A stretch of DNA of 64,000 bases. Source: Octopus vulgaris (lineage: Eukaryota). Under the pieces are notes generated by a model, which worked only from the letters and a program-made list of their open reading frames with translations, was not told the DNA's origin and ran no database searches. Positions within the stretch are counted from its first letter, which is position 1. Every line of letters begins with the position of its first letter. The DNA is taken from the NCBI GenBank assembly GCA_951406725.2, contig OX597831.1:8432001-8496000 (forward strand), read 5' to 3'. A program made the position numbers and the translations under genes. Positions 51,345 to 62,611 of the stretch are shown here, piece after piece.

Positions 51345-52387
51345 GTAAGTATTACATTTCATTCAGGGTGGATGTGCACAACACAATCTGCTAGAAATAA
51401 CAGCCAAATCACATCCTATCATTATAAATAAGGAAAGGACACATGAGAATGTTTTCTATATACCTCTAAAATCTCTGCATGGTTGTGATGGTTGACCCAG
51501 GGCTAAACAACACCTGAGAAATTTCATCTGTACTTTGGGTTCACTGCAATTGCTCAATATTGAATAAATTCATTCATACAGTTGTTAATTCGTTAAGTAG
51601 CTGTTAATTAGTGCTCAAATCTATCTTATGAGAGCAATACGGCTTTTGATGTCTTCGTGTGGTAGCTTAGACCAACAAAATCCTTGCGAGCCATTTTGGT
51701 AGATGGAAACTGAAAGAATCCCATCGTGTGTGTGTAACACACACACACATACTTGCATGTTCCCCTGTCCCCTTGTCTTGTCTTGTGGCCATGGAGGAAA
51801 TATTACTTAACATGGAACTAGGTGAAGGTTGGGTGACAGGAAGAGCTTCTGGCTGTAGAAAATTCTGTCCAACCCATGCTAGCATGGATAAGTGGATGTT
51901 GATGATGATGAAGCTTATATAGCCTCTGCTTATCTGGTGACCAACGACATTCAAACCATGAGTATGCATTTGTCTTCTTCTCACCCATGACCTGTCTTCA
52001 CCTGATACAAAGCCACCAGACTTTACAAGAAATGAAATAAATACCGGGGTCAGTTCGTTTGACTGAAACCCTTCAAAGCAGTGCCCCAGCATGGCCGCAG
52101 TCCAACGATCTAAACAAGTAAAAGATAAAAGATAAAAAGTAGCAAATACAGGTAATGCAGTCAAGATTTACCTGTGAAAGAGGCATTGGTAGACCTATTA
52201 ATAAACTTGTAGCATATCATCTCATCTTGTGGCAGCTTCCAAGTTTGGCTCTAATTGAAACAAAGGTGTGATCCGTGTGTCAGTTGCTCCTATTGTAAAC
52301 ATTTAAATGTTTTCCAACCTCAATCAATGATATTTGATTCTTGTCTTTTAATGTTGTTACTTTTCTCTCTCTTTTTTCTCCTGCCAG

Positions 52388-52555
52388 TTGGTACCAATGT
52401 TGGTGTTAGCTCTGATGTTTGACGATAACAAACTCCAAATGTCCACAATGGCAACTATGAAGACCGTACTGGATGAAAGCCCAAATCTTCTAGCGCAGCA
52501 TGTTAATCTGGTTGTACCCAAGTTAATCAAACTCTCTGAAACAAATGCTTCAATG
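52388..52555 (+). CDS. MMS19: MMS19 exon (LVPMLVLALMF...QHVNLVVPKLIKLSETNASM)
   Basis: ctgccag / gtaact, 168 nt. Confidence 0.92.
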
Positions 52556-52789
52556 GTAACTTGCCCTTTTTTTTTTTTTTTTTTTTAAATATTGTGTTAG
52601 TTCATCATCATCATCAGTAGTAGTAGTAGTATGAGTAAGATAACAAGCTGACAGAATCATTTGCCAGTCAGACAAAAGGCTTTGTGGAATTCTGGTTTTT
52701 TATTTTCTGATTTCAAATTACTGAGGTCAGCTTTGTCTTTCATCCTTTCAAAATTGGTAAAATGTTGTAGCAGTCAAGTGCTGGGTTTA

Positions 52790-53280
52790 ATCATCATTTA
52801 ATGTCCGTTTTCCATGCTAGCATGGGTAGGACGGTTCGACCGGGGTCTGGTAAGACATGGAGGCTGGACCAGACTTCAGTCTGATCTGGCAGTGTTTCTA
52901 CAGCTGGATGCCTTTCCTAACGCCAACCACTCCATGAGTGTAGTGGGTGTTTTTTACATGCCACCGGCACAGGGGCCAGAGCAGGCTGGCAAACGGCTAC
53001 GATCGGTTGGTGCTTTTCGTGTGTCACCGACATGGACGCCAGTCAGGCGGCGCTGGCATCTGCCACGTTCGGACGGTGCTTTTACGTGTCACCGGCATGG
53101 ATGTCTTAACTACAATTTCCATTTTAATTTTTATTTTGATGTTGATGTACTTGACTCATTAGGTCTCCTCAAGAACAGCGGGGTCACTCTACGATCCAAG
53201 GTTAGCACAGCAGGCCGTCCTGCAAGCCATGAACTCACTTCATTTGTCAGGTCTTCACAGTCATAGCATATCTCAGGGGT
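52790..53280 (-). mobile_element. (GAT)n-tailed element copy, inverted relative to the 66-bp array in the same intron
   Basis: Reverse-complement tail and modules. Confidence 0.8.
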
Positions 53281-53390
53281 CTCAGTTTATTATTATTATT
53301 CCACAGTAGAAGTGTTAAGGCCACTCTCCCTGGTGAAGACGATTGGCCTGTAAGAACTGTCTGCCAGTGTTACATAAAACACCATACACC

Positions 53391-53888
53391 CAGAGCCATG
53401 CTAATAGTTTTGGAGTAAAATTTAGGATTTATCGGTTTTCTGTGAATTGGTTTTGGTAAAACATTCCTAGGGTCTTACGGTATACGAGGTGAAAGGTTGA
53501 TGGTGTGGCCACCAGCATCTCCAGATCTCAACCCTTTCGAAAATCTTTGGTCCATCATTAAACAAGGTGCTTATGCCGATGGATGCCAATTTATATCGAA
53601 AGATGTCTTATGGGTGACCATCAAAGCTGCAGCAGAAGCAGTCCAACCTGCTACTATTAAGCAATTGACAGATTCCATGACTAATAGGGATTTTTGAAGT
53701 TATTCGTTGAAATGGCGCTCATGTGGCTAAATTCTTCATTATGTCAATAAACGCTATAATATTATTATGGTTTTCTGTTAAATATATACTCAGTGTATGC
53801 TTAACATGTATCATTACCCTTCATTTTCTGAAAGAAAAAAAAATGTGTAGATGGGCTATTTTCATTCAAAAATTATTTGCATGTTTCA
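53391..53888 (+). mobile_element. Internally deleted Tc1-like transposon with transposase C-terminal remnant (53497-53697)
   Basis: WPPASPDLNPFENLW matches the Tc1 WPxxSPDLNPIENLW motif; degenerate inverted ends CATGCTAATAGTTTTG / AAAAATTATTTGCATG. Confidence 0.82.
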
Positions 53889-54045
53889 CCCAAAAAGTGG
53901 AGCATCCAGCTGTAGAAACCAAGCCCAAATAGACAACTGGAGCCTGGTGCAACCTTCTGGTTTGCCAGCTTCTGTCAAACTGTGCCGGATGGAAAACAGG
54001 TGGTGATGATGATGTTGAACATTCATAGAAAGTGAAATGAAAAAC

Positions 54046-56487
54046 TGTGCTGGTGGCACATAAAAAGCACCATTCGAGTGTGGTTGTTGCCAGTACCACC
54101 TGACTGGCCCTTGTGCTGGTGGCACATAAAAAGCACCATTCGAGTGTGGTTGTTGCCAGTACCACCTGACTGGCCCTTGTGCTGGTGGCACATAAAAAGC
54201 ACCATTCGAGTGTGGTTGTTGCCAGTACCACCTGACTGGCCCTTGTGCTGGTGGCACATAAAAAGCACCATTCGAGTGTGGTTGTTGCCAGTACCACCTG
54301 ACTGGCCCTTGTGCTGGTGGCACATAAAAAGCACCATTCGAGTGTGGTTGTTGCCAGTACCACCTGACTGGCCCTTGTGCCGGTGGCACATAAAAAGCAC
54401 CATTCGAGTGTGGTTGTTGCCAGTACCACCTGACTGGCCCTTGTGCTGGTGGCACATAAAAAGCACCATTCGAGTGTGGTTGTTGCCAGTACCACCTGAC
54501 TGGCCCTTGTGCTGGTGGCACATAAAAAGCACCATTCGAGTGTGGTTGTTGCCAGTACCACCTGACTGGCCCTTGTGCTGGTGGCACATAAAAAGCACCA
54601 TTCGAGTGTGGTTGTTGCCAGTACCACCTGACTGGCCCTTGTGCCGGTGGCACATAAAAAGCACCATTCGAGTGTGGTTGTTGCCAGTACCACCTGACTG
54701 GCCCTTGTGCTGGTGGCACATAAAAAGCACCATTCGAGTGTGGTTGTTGCCAGTACCACCTGACTGGCCCTTGTGCCGGTGGCACATAAAAAGCACCATT
54801 CGAGTGTGGTTGTTGCCAGTACCACCTGACTGGCCCTTGTGCTGGTGGCACATAAAAAGCACCATTCGAGTGTGGTTGTTGCCAGTACCACCTGACTGGC
54901 CCTTGTGCCGGTGGCACATAAAAAGCACCATTCGAGTGTGGTTGTTGCCAGTACCACCTGACTGGCCCTTGTGCTGGTGGCACATAAAAAGCACCATTCG
55001 AGTGTGGTTGTTGCCAGTACCACCTGACTGGCCCTTGTGCTGGTGGCACATAAAAAGCACCATTCGAGTGTGGTTGTTGCCAGTACCACCTGACTGGCCC
55101 TTGTACTGGTGGCACATAAAAAGCACCATTCGAGTGTGGTTGTTGCCAGTACCACCTGACTGGCCCTTGTGCCGGTGGCACATAAAAAGCACCATTCGAG
55201 TGTGGTTGTTGCCAGTACCACCTGACTGGCCCTTGTGCTGGTGGCACATAAAAAGCACCATTCGAGTGTGGTTGTTGCCAGTACCACCTGACTGGCCCTT
55301 GTGCTGGTGGCACATAAAAAGCACCATTCGAGTGTGGTTGTTGCCAGTACCACCTGACTGGCCCTTGTGCTGGTGGCACATAAAAAGCACCATTCGAGTG
55401 TGGTTGTTGCCAGTACCACCTGACTGGCACTTGTGCTGGTGGCACATAAAAAGCACCATTCGAGTGTGGTTGTTGCCAGTACCACCTGACTGGCCCTTGT
55501 GCCGGTGGCACATAAAAAGCACCATTCGAGTGTGGTTGTTGCCAGTACCACCTGACTGGCCCTTGTGCTGGTGGCACATAAAAAGCACCATTCGAGTGTG
55601 GTTGTTGCCAGTACCACCTGACTGGCCCTTGTGCTGGTGGCACATAAAAAGCACCATTCGAGTGTGGTTGTTGCCAGTACCACCTGACTGGCCCTTGTGC
55701 TGGTGGCACATAAAAAGCACCATTCGAGTGTGGTTGTTGCCAGTACCACCTGACTGGCCCTTGTGCCGGTGGCACATAAAAAGCACCATTCGAGTGTGGT
55801 TGTTGCCAGTACCACCTGACTGGCCCTTGTGCTGGTGGCACATAAAAAGCACCATTCGAGTGTGGTTGTTGCCAGTACCACCTGACTGGCCCTTGTGCTG
55901 GTGGCACATAAAAAGCACCATTCGAGTGTGGTTGTTGCCAGTACCACCTGACTGGCCCTTGTGCTGGTGGCACATAAAAAGCACCATTCGAGTGTGGTTG
56001 TTGCCAGTACCACCTGACTGGCCCTTGTGCTGGTGGCACATAAAAAGCACCATTCGAGTGTGGTTGTTGCCAGTACCACCTGACTGGCCCTTGTGCTGGT
56101 GGCACATAAAAAGCACCATTCGAGTGTGGTTGTTGCCAGTACCACCTGACTGGCCCTTGTGCTGGTGGCACATAAAAAGCACCATTCGAGTGTGGTTGTT
56201 GCCAGTACCACCTGACTGGCCCTTGTGCTGGTGGCACATAAAAAGCACCATTCGAGTGTGGTTGTTGCCAGTACCACCTGACTGGCCCTTGTGCTGGTGG
56301 CACATAAAAAGCACCATTCGAGTGTGGTTGTTGCCAGTACCACCTGACTGGCCCTTGTGCCGGTGGCACATAAAAAGCACCATTCGAGTGTGGTTGTTGC
56401 CAGTACCACCTGACTGGCCCTTGTGCTGGTGGCACATAAAAAGCACCATTCGAGTGTGGTTGTTGCTATTACCACCTGACTGGCCCT
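54046..56487. repeat. Tandem array of 37 x 66-bp units (TGTGCYGGTGGCACATAAAAAGCACCATTCGAGTGTGGTTGTTGCCAGTACCACCTGACTGGCCCT)
   Basis: Exact 66-bp period from 54046 to 56488; only a handful of substitutions; continues into the 3' part of the (GAT)n-tailed element to about 56680. Confidence 0.97.
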
Positions 56488-56680
56488 TGTGCTGGTGGCA
56501 CGTAAAAAGCACCCACTGCACTCTCGGAGTGGTTGGCGTGAGGAAGAACATCCAGCTGTAGAAACCTTGCCAGATCAGATTAGAGCCTGGTACAGCCTCC
56601 TGGCTTACCAGTCCGCAGTCAAACCATCCAACCCATGCCAGCATGGAAAGTGGACGTTAAACGATGAGGATAATGATGAG
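56488..56680 (+). mobile_element. 3' end of the (GAT)n-tailed SINE-like element that hosts the 66-bp array
   Basis: GGAGTGGTTGGCGT...CATCCAGCTGTAGAAA...AACCCATGCCAGCATGGAAAGTGGACGTTAAACGATGA, shared with many copies in the window. Confidence 0.85.
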
Positions 56681-56759
56681 GTAGCTATTTATCTTATCTT
56701 TTTTTTTTTTTATTTCAACCTTAAAAAATAATATGATACTTAAAAACGATAATGAACTT

Positions 56760-56985
56760 ATTGTATACAGTGCTGCACTACAACCCATAAGAAAAAGTAG
56801 CTAAGAGTGCCTGAACAGTACATAGGATATGCACAGAAAGGGAACAGTGAATGAGTCGTTAAAAAGGGGGGGTGGGGGTATCAGGTGTGTTGTTGGTGAA
56901 TTGAAGGATGTAGTGTCCTGATGGTTAACGACTGATGCTGGTAGTTTATTCCATGCTTCAGCAATTCTGAGCATGAAAAAATATA
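56760..56985 (-). mobile_element. CR1/L2-clade LINE 3' end (inverted relative to 50848 copy)
   Basis: Minus strand FFMLRIAEAWNKLPASVV. Confidence 0.72.
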
Positions 56986-57236
56986 CATTAGCTTTTCTCA
57001 TTTTATCAGAAATATTTTTTTTAAAAATCACGTGTTATTAAAATCTTTTTTTTTTTTATATTTATTTATATTCTTCAAAAGTGTACAGTATCAGAAGTTG
57101 TCATCTGAGAGTATTTTTCTTCTTTTTTCTTCTTTTTTTTTTTCTTATTGATTATTAAAATAACCAAACAAATAAATAAAGAGCTGTAACTCTGCAATAA
57201 TTTTATTTTTTTTTATTTTTTTAATGTTTGCTGCAG

Positions 57237-57397
57237 AAAGTACGCATTGCTTCGCTCGAGTGTTTAGAGAATTTGACACAACTACCGACAACCACTCTAC
57301 TGCCATACCGAAGAGAAGTAATTCGAGCACTTGGTCCCGTTTTAGACGATAAGAAACGCTTAGTAAGGAAACAAGCTGTCAAAGCGAGAGGAGAATG
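57237..57397 (+). CDS. MMS19: MMS19 exon (KVRIASLECL...LDDKKRLVRKQAVKARGE)
   Basis: ctgcag / gtaaag; LDDKKRLVRK signature. Confidence 0.96.
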
Positions 57398-59576
57398 GTA
57401 AAGTTCACCTCAACATTTATATTATTTAATGCTGCTGAAGACTATTTCTTCGCATGCCACTTCCTTTCTGGTTTAGAGGCGGATAAATCCTGCTTTTATG
57501 TCTAATCTAACATGTAAACAGAGCAATTAACGAGCATGGTAATTAGATTTTTTTAACATATTTTTATAGGAAAAAAAAAGAAAGAAAGAAACTCACTAAA
57601 AGTCTAAATGATGAAATTATTGTGAAAAAGAAACTTTTAATTACCTCACCAAGGAAACAAAGAAAAGGGGGGGGGGTTTATGTCCCAGAGCAAATGGCAT
57701 GTTTAGTCGCACCTTGTGAATTTGATTGCAAAGGTGTTGCTATGGAGAATGGCCAAGATTTAGCAGTTTGGAAGCTAGAAGATTAATTAAGTCAGTTTCA
57801 CATTAACGATCACAGTTTATCACAGAAGTAAATCGTTATCTTGCAAATGGCATAATTCCTTAAGATTCGAAGCTGGTTGCCTGAACGTGAAAATGATAAT
57901 GTCAGAATGCATTCCAACATTTTTCAGTATGTAGCAAAGCTGTGGCTCAGATTTTCAATATGTCGAAACCTTATAAGTGTGGGAAGCAGTTTGGTAGTTC
58001 TGTTACTGAAGAATTTATCTGGGGTAAAATTATGGTGACAGAGGTACTTAACAGAAATAGTTTTATGAAGATATCAACCAGAGTTGCTGTAAGTGAATTA
58101 GGCTGCCTTGCTACAGAATACCACTTGCTGTTCTTTCTCTGTGGAGAATTAAGATTAAGATTGACAGTGCAGCTGCACTATTAAGCGATGTGATATTTAG
58201 CTGTGACGATTGCTGATGTAATTATATATATATATAATTTGTTTAGCCAATCAATTAAACAAAGCCAACGAGTAATTTCTTTAATCTTTTCTCATCCAAC
58301 CATACTTTTTAATCAATCTTCTTTGATCTTCTACTTGTTTCAGTGGCCATGCTGGGGCACCACCATTGTGGGTTTTACTCAACCAGAGCGAACCCAGTAC
58401 TTATTCTATCAGTCTCAATTTCCCGAATTGCTAAGTGATGTGGATATAACAAACCAACACCGGGTGTCAAGCAGTAATGAGGGGTTTGGGGTGGACGCAG
58501 ACAAACACATGATGGGCTTCCATGCAGTTTCCATCTACCACGTCTCTCTTGTATGGCATAGGTCAGTCTGGGTCTGTAGTAGAAGACTCTCACTCAAGGT
58601 GCTTCCCATTGGGACTGAACCTAACTTGTTGGTGTACCAGAACTGACCTTCTGAATGGTCAAACCACCTATGATCTGACCAGATTACTTCCCATCTATTC
58701 CTCTATCATAAATACCTTCCACTGTCTGCACTTGATATATTTTTACCACTGCTGATCCTGGTCTGTTTGTGTTTATGTCTGTACCAGAATTGCAGGCAGT
58801 ATTTTGGTAATTGTAAAGCAGCGAGCTGGCAGAATCGTTAGCAAACAGGGCGAAATGCTAAGTCACCCTGCAGTAATCGAGGAAAGGTAACCTTGAGATG
58901 GAATGGCATCCTGACCAGTCACCTAGACGCCATGGTGACTGAATTAAGCTCCAGCCTTAAAACCAACCTAAACCCAATAATTTTCTTTGGTCTGCTTGTG
59001 ATTCACCTTCTATGAACATTCCAATGGAGCATATTTAATTTCTTCCCCAGCCTTTGCCAACTGCCCCATGTTCAAATGTCCACCTCTCACTCACATGTGG
59101 TATTACTCTTTTATACCTGATTCATGCAGTCCTGCTCTGTGTGTGAAATGGAAAACACCTTCTGTTGTTGTTTAGTTCTGAGTATGATGGGGATGCTGCC
59201 AAGTTCCTGGCTTTGGGTAAAAGAAAATACCGGAGGATCGGTTAATTATGATTTTATTCAACATATTCCCCATGCTCAGATTCACACACTTACTGCAGTG
59301 GTCCTTCAGTTTTTCTAAAGAATTCAGAATGTTGGACCTCTCCTAGCAGCAATTAAAAAAAATAAACAAAAGGAATTTCTAAATTCAGTGAAGAAAGAAA
59401 TCTTTGTAAAACTTGCATTAAGTTAATCATTGAAGAATATAGCTTTTCATCATGTATAAATTAATATGTGTATATAGGTGTATACACAATATATATATAG
59501 CCTGTGTTATTCAGGATTGCCAATGTATGTAGAGGCTAAAACAAGTTGCTTTTTGTGGAAGATACATGTATATATA

Positions 59577-59632
<56 letters not shown>

Positions 59633-60051
59633 TGAGTTTACTCAATGTGTTGGTCAGTCCCACAGCTGTTTGACGGTGTCCTCTCAATGGGATCAACCCC
59701 CTAACCACTTGGTTCCGGAGCAAGTTTCTTCACCACACAGCCAGTTCTCACATTAGCTCAGTTGTGGGATCTTGTCTTGCAAGTTACTTGGTGACTTCAC
59801 TGGTTGCAATGCCACATAAAAAATACAAAAACAAAATCGACCACTCCACTGTGTAAAGTAATTTGTTTCTATGAACAGCATCCAGTCATAGAGACCATGA
59901 CAAAATATTCATTGGTGCTTGGCAGTCGTCCAGCATGCTAGTTCTGGTTGAACCATTGAAGCCCCAGCATGGAAAACATTTAATTATGATGATGATTAGC
60001 AATATGGCTAGATGTGGATCTTAGAGTAAATTCTCTTTTCTCTCCTTCCAG

Positions 60052-60079
60052 GTATCTTCTTGGTGCTCCAAGCAGCTGA
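60052..60079 (+). CDS. MMS19: MMS19 terminal coding exon (WYLLGAPSS-stop)
   Basis: ccttccag acceptor completes the TGG codon; matches the WFLLG-type C-terminus; TGA at 60077-60079. Confidence 0.93.
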
Positions 60080-60213
60080 GAAAGATGAACATTACTTCCT
60101 CACTCGTCAGTGTTGAGATAGCATTCCAAAAAATTCTTCCTTAAAAAAAATGGCCATCTGGAACAAAAAGCAGCTGTTCATTTGAAAGGCAATGAATTTT
60201 TTAAAAATCAGAA

Positions 60214-60441
60214 AATAAATTTCTACCCTTCTGCCAAATTTTATGAGAAGCCATTTATTATTATTATTTTGTAAATGCTTTTACGTTTTGTTTCTCTTTG
60301 ACTGAGGGGTTTTTATTGAAGATTTTCTTTATTTGCCTCGGATTGAAGAACTGTAAAATTGTTGGACTTGCACATTACAAATATTTCTATGATGGACATT
60401 TATTTTTGTATTCTACATTGATTTGGAAATCAAAGAATAAA
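60214..60441 (+). promoter_or_regulatory. Candidate MMS19 polyadenylation signals (AATAAA at 60214 and 60436)
   Basis: Canonical hexamers downstream of the stop; the second is followed by T/GT-rich sequence. Actual usage unknown. Confidence 0.45.
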
Positions 60442-60957
60442 AGAAAAAACAAGAAATTGAAGAAAAATCCAAGAATACAAAATTTCTTTTTTGTCCCCTC
60501 TCGTTTTAGTATTAATGTAAGATGTGGGTGTGCATAACGTCTCTATTGATGTGCCATTTTATGAATGTTTTTCTGGCAAGAAATTTGATGTAATGGATAA
60601 ACAGTTGATTTTAAGAGTTATATTCCAAATATTATATCCATACAGATGATGTGTGTGTGTATGTACGCACACTCTTTTACTGGTTTTAGTTTGCAGAGCT
60701 GCCTTCAAGGGTCTAATTGATCATATCAACTCTTAATACTTACTTCCGTCTGGTCTGTATTTTATTGTCCTCTGTTTGTTGATCCTCAAAGTTCCATAAC
60801 AAAGAATCTCTTTTAAATACTGATGTATTCATATAAGGGGATGGGTTTATGCTTATATATATATAATAATTATTATTTGAGGGAATATTCCTAACTTACA
60901 GGGAAAAATTCAATTTAGAAATACTAAATCAAATTTCACAATATAATGTATAAAAAT

Positions 60958-61207
60958 TAGAAAAAACACCCTTTATCAATTCAGAATGATAAGTTACACC
61001 ATCTAGAAAATTACATATAATAGAAATATTAAAATAACAATAATATACCGAAGATTAAGTAAATTGCAAAAAAATAATAATAAAAACGTATATATTTGGT
61101 AGAATAACAAATATATACATTTTTATTATTTTAATATTTCTATTATATGTAATTTTCTAGATGTAACTTAATTGTTCATTTTGAATTGATAAAGGGTGGT
61201 TTTTCTA
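60958..61207. repeat. AT-rich fold-back inverted repeat (about 85-bp arms)
   Basis: CACCCTTTATCAATTCAGAATGA...ATCTAGAAAATTACATATAATAGAAATATTAAAATAA versus its reverse complement at 61123-61207. Confidence 0.85.
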
Positions 61208-61650
61208 TATATATTCTTTTACATCATTGCCTACAAGAAGTTTTAATTCAGTGAACCAAGCCCAATATTCAGGTCTTTTTAGAGCCTGGTACCTATTCTA
61301 TCAGCCTGTTTTGCTGAATGGTGGTGGGGAACATACACACATGCATATTTATACATATGATGGGCTTCTTTCTCCCAAATGCACTCATAATGCTTTGGTT
61401 GGCCCCAAGCTATTGTAGAAGACACTTGCCAAAGGTGACTCACAATGGGTTTGAACCCAAAACCATGTGGTTGGGAAGCAAACTTCTTACCACACAACCA
61501 TGCCTACGCCTAAATATACACTTCAGATTTCTGTCTACCAATTCCACTGACAAGATACTTGTGAGAATGTAAGATAATGTGCCAGCTGACAATGATCACA
61601 CAGTGGATTTGAACCTCTAACCCTGAGGTTCCATAGCAAACTTTTTAACC

Positions 61651-61848
61651 CAGTGGTTTTCAACCAGGGTTCCGCCAGTACAGTCCAGGGGTTCCGCAAG
61701 AAGTTACAAAACTGCTAAATTCGGCAGTAATTTTTAATTCTGTGCAGATATGTGTGCATAAGACTATTAAATTATTGCACAGGGGTTCCTCAAGCCAGTG
61801 GAATGTTTCCTTGGGGTTCCGCTCCAGCAAAAAGTTTGAAAAGCACTG
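61651..61848. mobile_element. hAT-type MITE
   Basis: TIRs CAGTGGTTTTCAAC / GTTTGAAAAGCACTG; 8-bp TSD TTTTAACC / TCTTAACC. Confidence 0.8.
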
Positions 61849-62307
61849 TCTTAACCATACTTGTATCTTTGACTGACCGCAATATTAATTAGATTCTGAC
61901 TTTCCAAACATCTTACATGTAAGAGAAAGTTAGAAAATCCAACCCCAATGCATAGAAGTAAATCTTGAGCTGTAGGAGTTTTAACAACTATGTTTTTGAA
62001 AAACAATGTGTAAAGAATTCTTGGAGGCAGCAAACTGGCAGAATCATTAGCATGTCAGACAAGCTGTTTAGCAGCATTTTGTGTGGCTCTTGATGTTCTG
62101 AGTTCAAATCCTGCTATGGTTGTCATTACTCTTTCATCCTTTTGGGTTTGATAATGTACCAGACTTGATGTAATCGACTGGTTTCCTCCCCTCAAAATTA
62201 AGGACCAGCATCCCCCATTCATTGAGTACCTTGTGATTTTTGTCACTTGTACGCCATTGGAACCAGGTAGACCCAAGAAAAAAAGAATCTGGACGTGTAA
62301 GGTATAA

Positions 62308-62313
62308 TTTATT
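62308..62313 (-). promoter_or_regulatory. Candidate PGAM polyadenylation signal
   Basis: AATAAA on the minus strand about 180 nt after the stop. Confidence 0.5.
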
Positions 62314-62489
62314 CTCCATAAATATAGAAAAACAATGAAATAAATAGAGTACAGCAACTGGTCATTCTTTTCATAATGACCATTTAATTAGAAACTTAAA
62401 TGATTAGAGAAGTTAAAATAATCAAGGAAAATGGCTGTCTTCTTTCTTTTATGAAGAAAAAAAAGGTTTTGTTGTTAAGTGTTCAGCTT

Positions 62490-62611
62490 TTACTTAGCCT
62501 TGCCTTGAGAAGCGACCTTATCAATAGCAGCTTTCACAGCAGCTTCATCAGCCACGTAGTAGTGCTTGATGGGGTTCATGTCTTTGTCCAGTTCATACAC
62601 AAGTGGAATAC
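62490..62611 (-). CDS. PGAM: Phosphoglycerate mutase (2,3-BPG-dependent, PGAM1-like), last coding exon; rest of gene not traced, presumably beyond the window
   Basis: Minus strand: (CT)n tract plus tttcag acceptor, then [40 protein letters not shown]-stop, the typical dPGM C-terminus. Confidence 0.93.

Larger units (their letters stand above)
17451..60079 (+). other. MMS19: MMS19 gene span (25 coding exons traced; first coding exon not found in window)
   Basis: Spliced translation gives MMS19 hallmark segments: GFIQAMDGEKDPRNL, FVEEMFEITACYFPIDFQPPADNPHGI, TAAAKCFAGLINKH, HAKIRIMYKQRLF and C-terminal LDDKKRLVRKQAVKARGEWYLLGAPSS*. All introns are GT-AG and phases chain without a frameshift. 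Confidence 0.97.

Noticed and set aside
53497-53697. Active transposase gene
   Set aside because: Only the C-terminal catalytic fragment remains in a ~500-bp deleted element.
54046-56487. CRISPR-like array
   Set aside because: No unique spacers (units are head-to-tail near-identical), no cas genes, eukaryotic intron context.
53866-56644. Four overlapping 827-873 aa ORFs
   Set aside because: They are 22-aa periodic translations of a 66-bp unit that lacks stops in four frames; intronic, SINE-derived, no recognisable domain.
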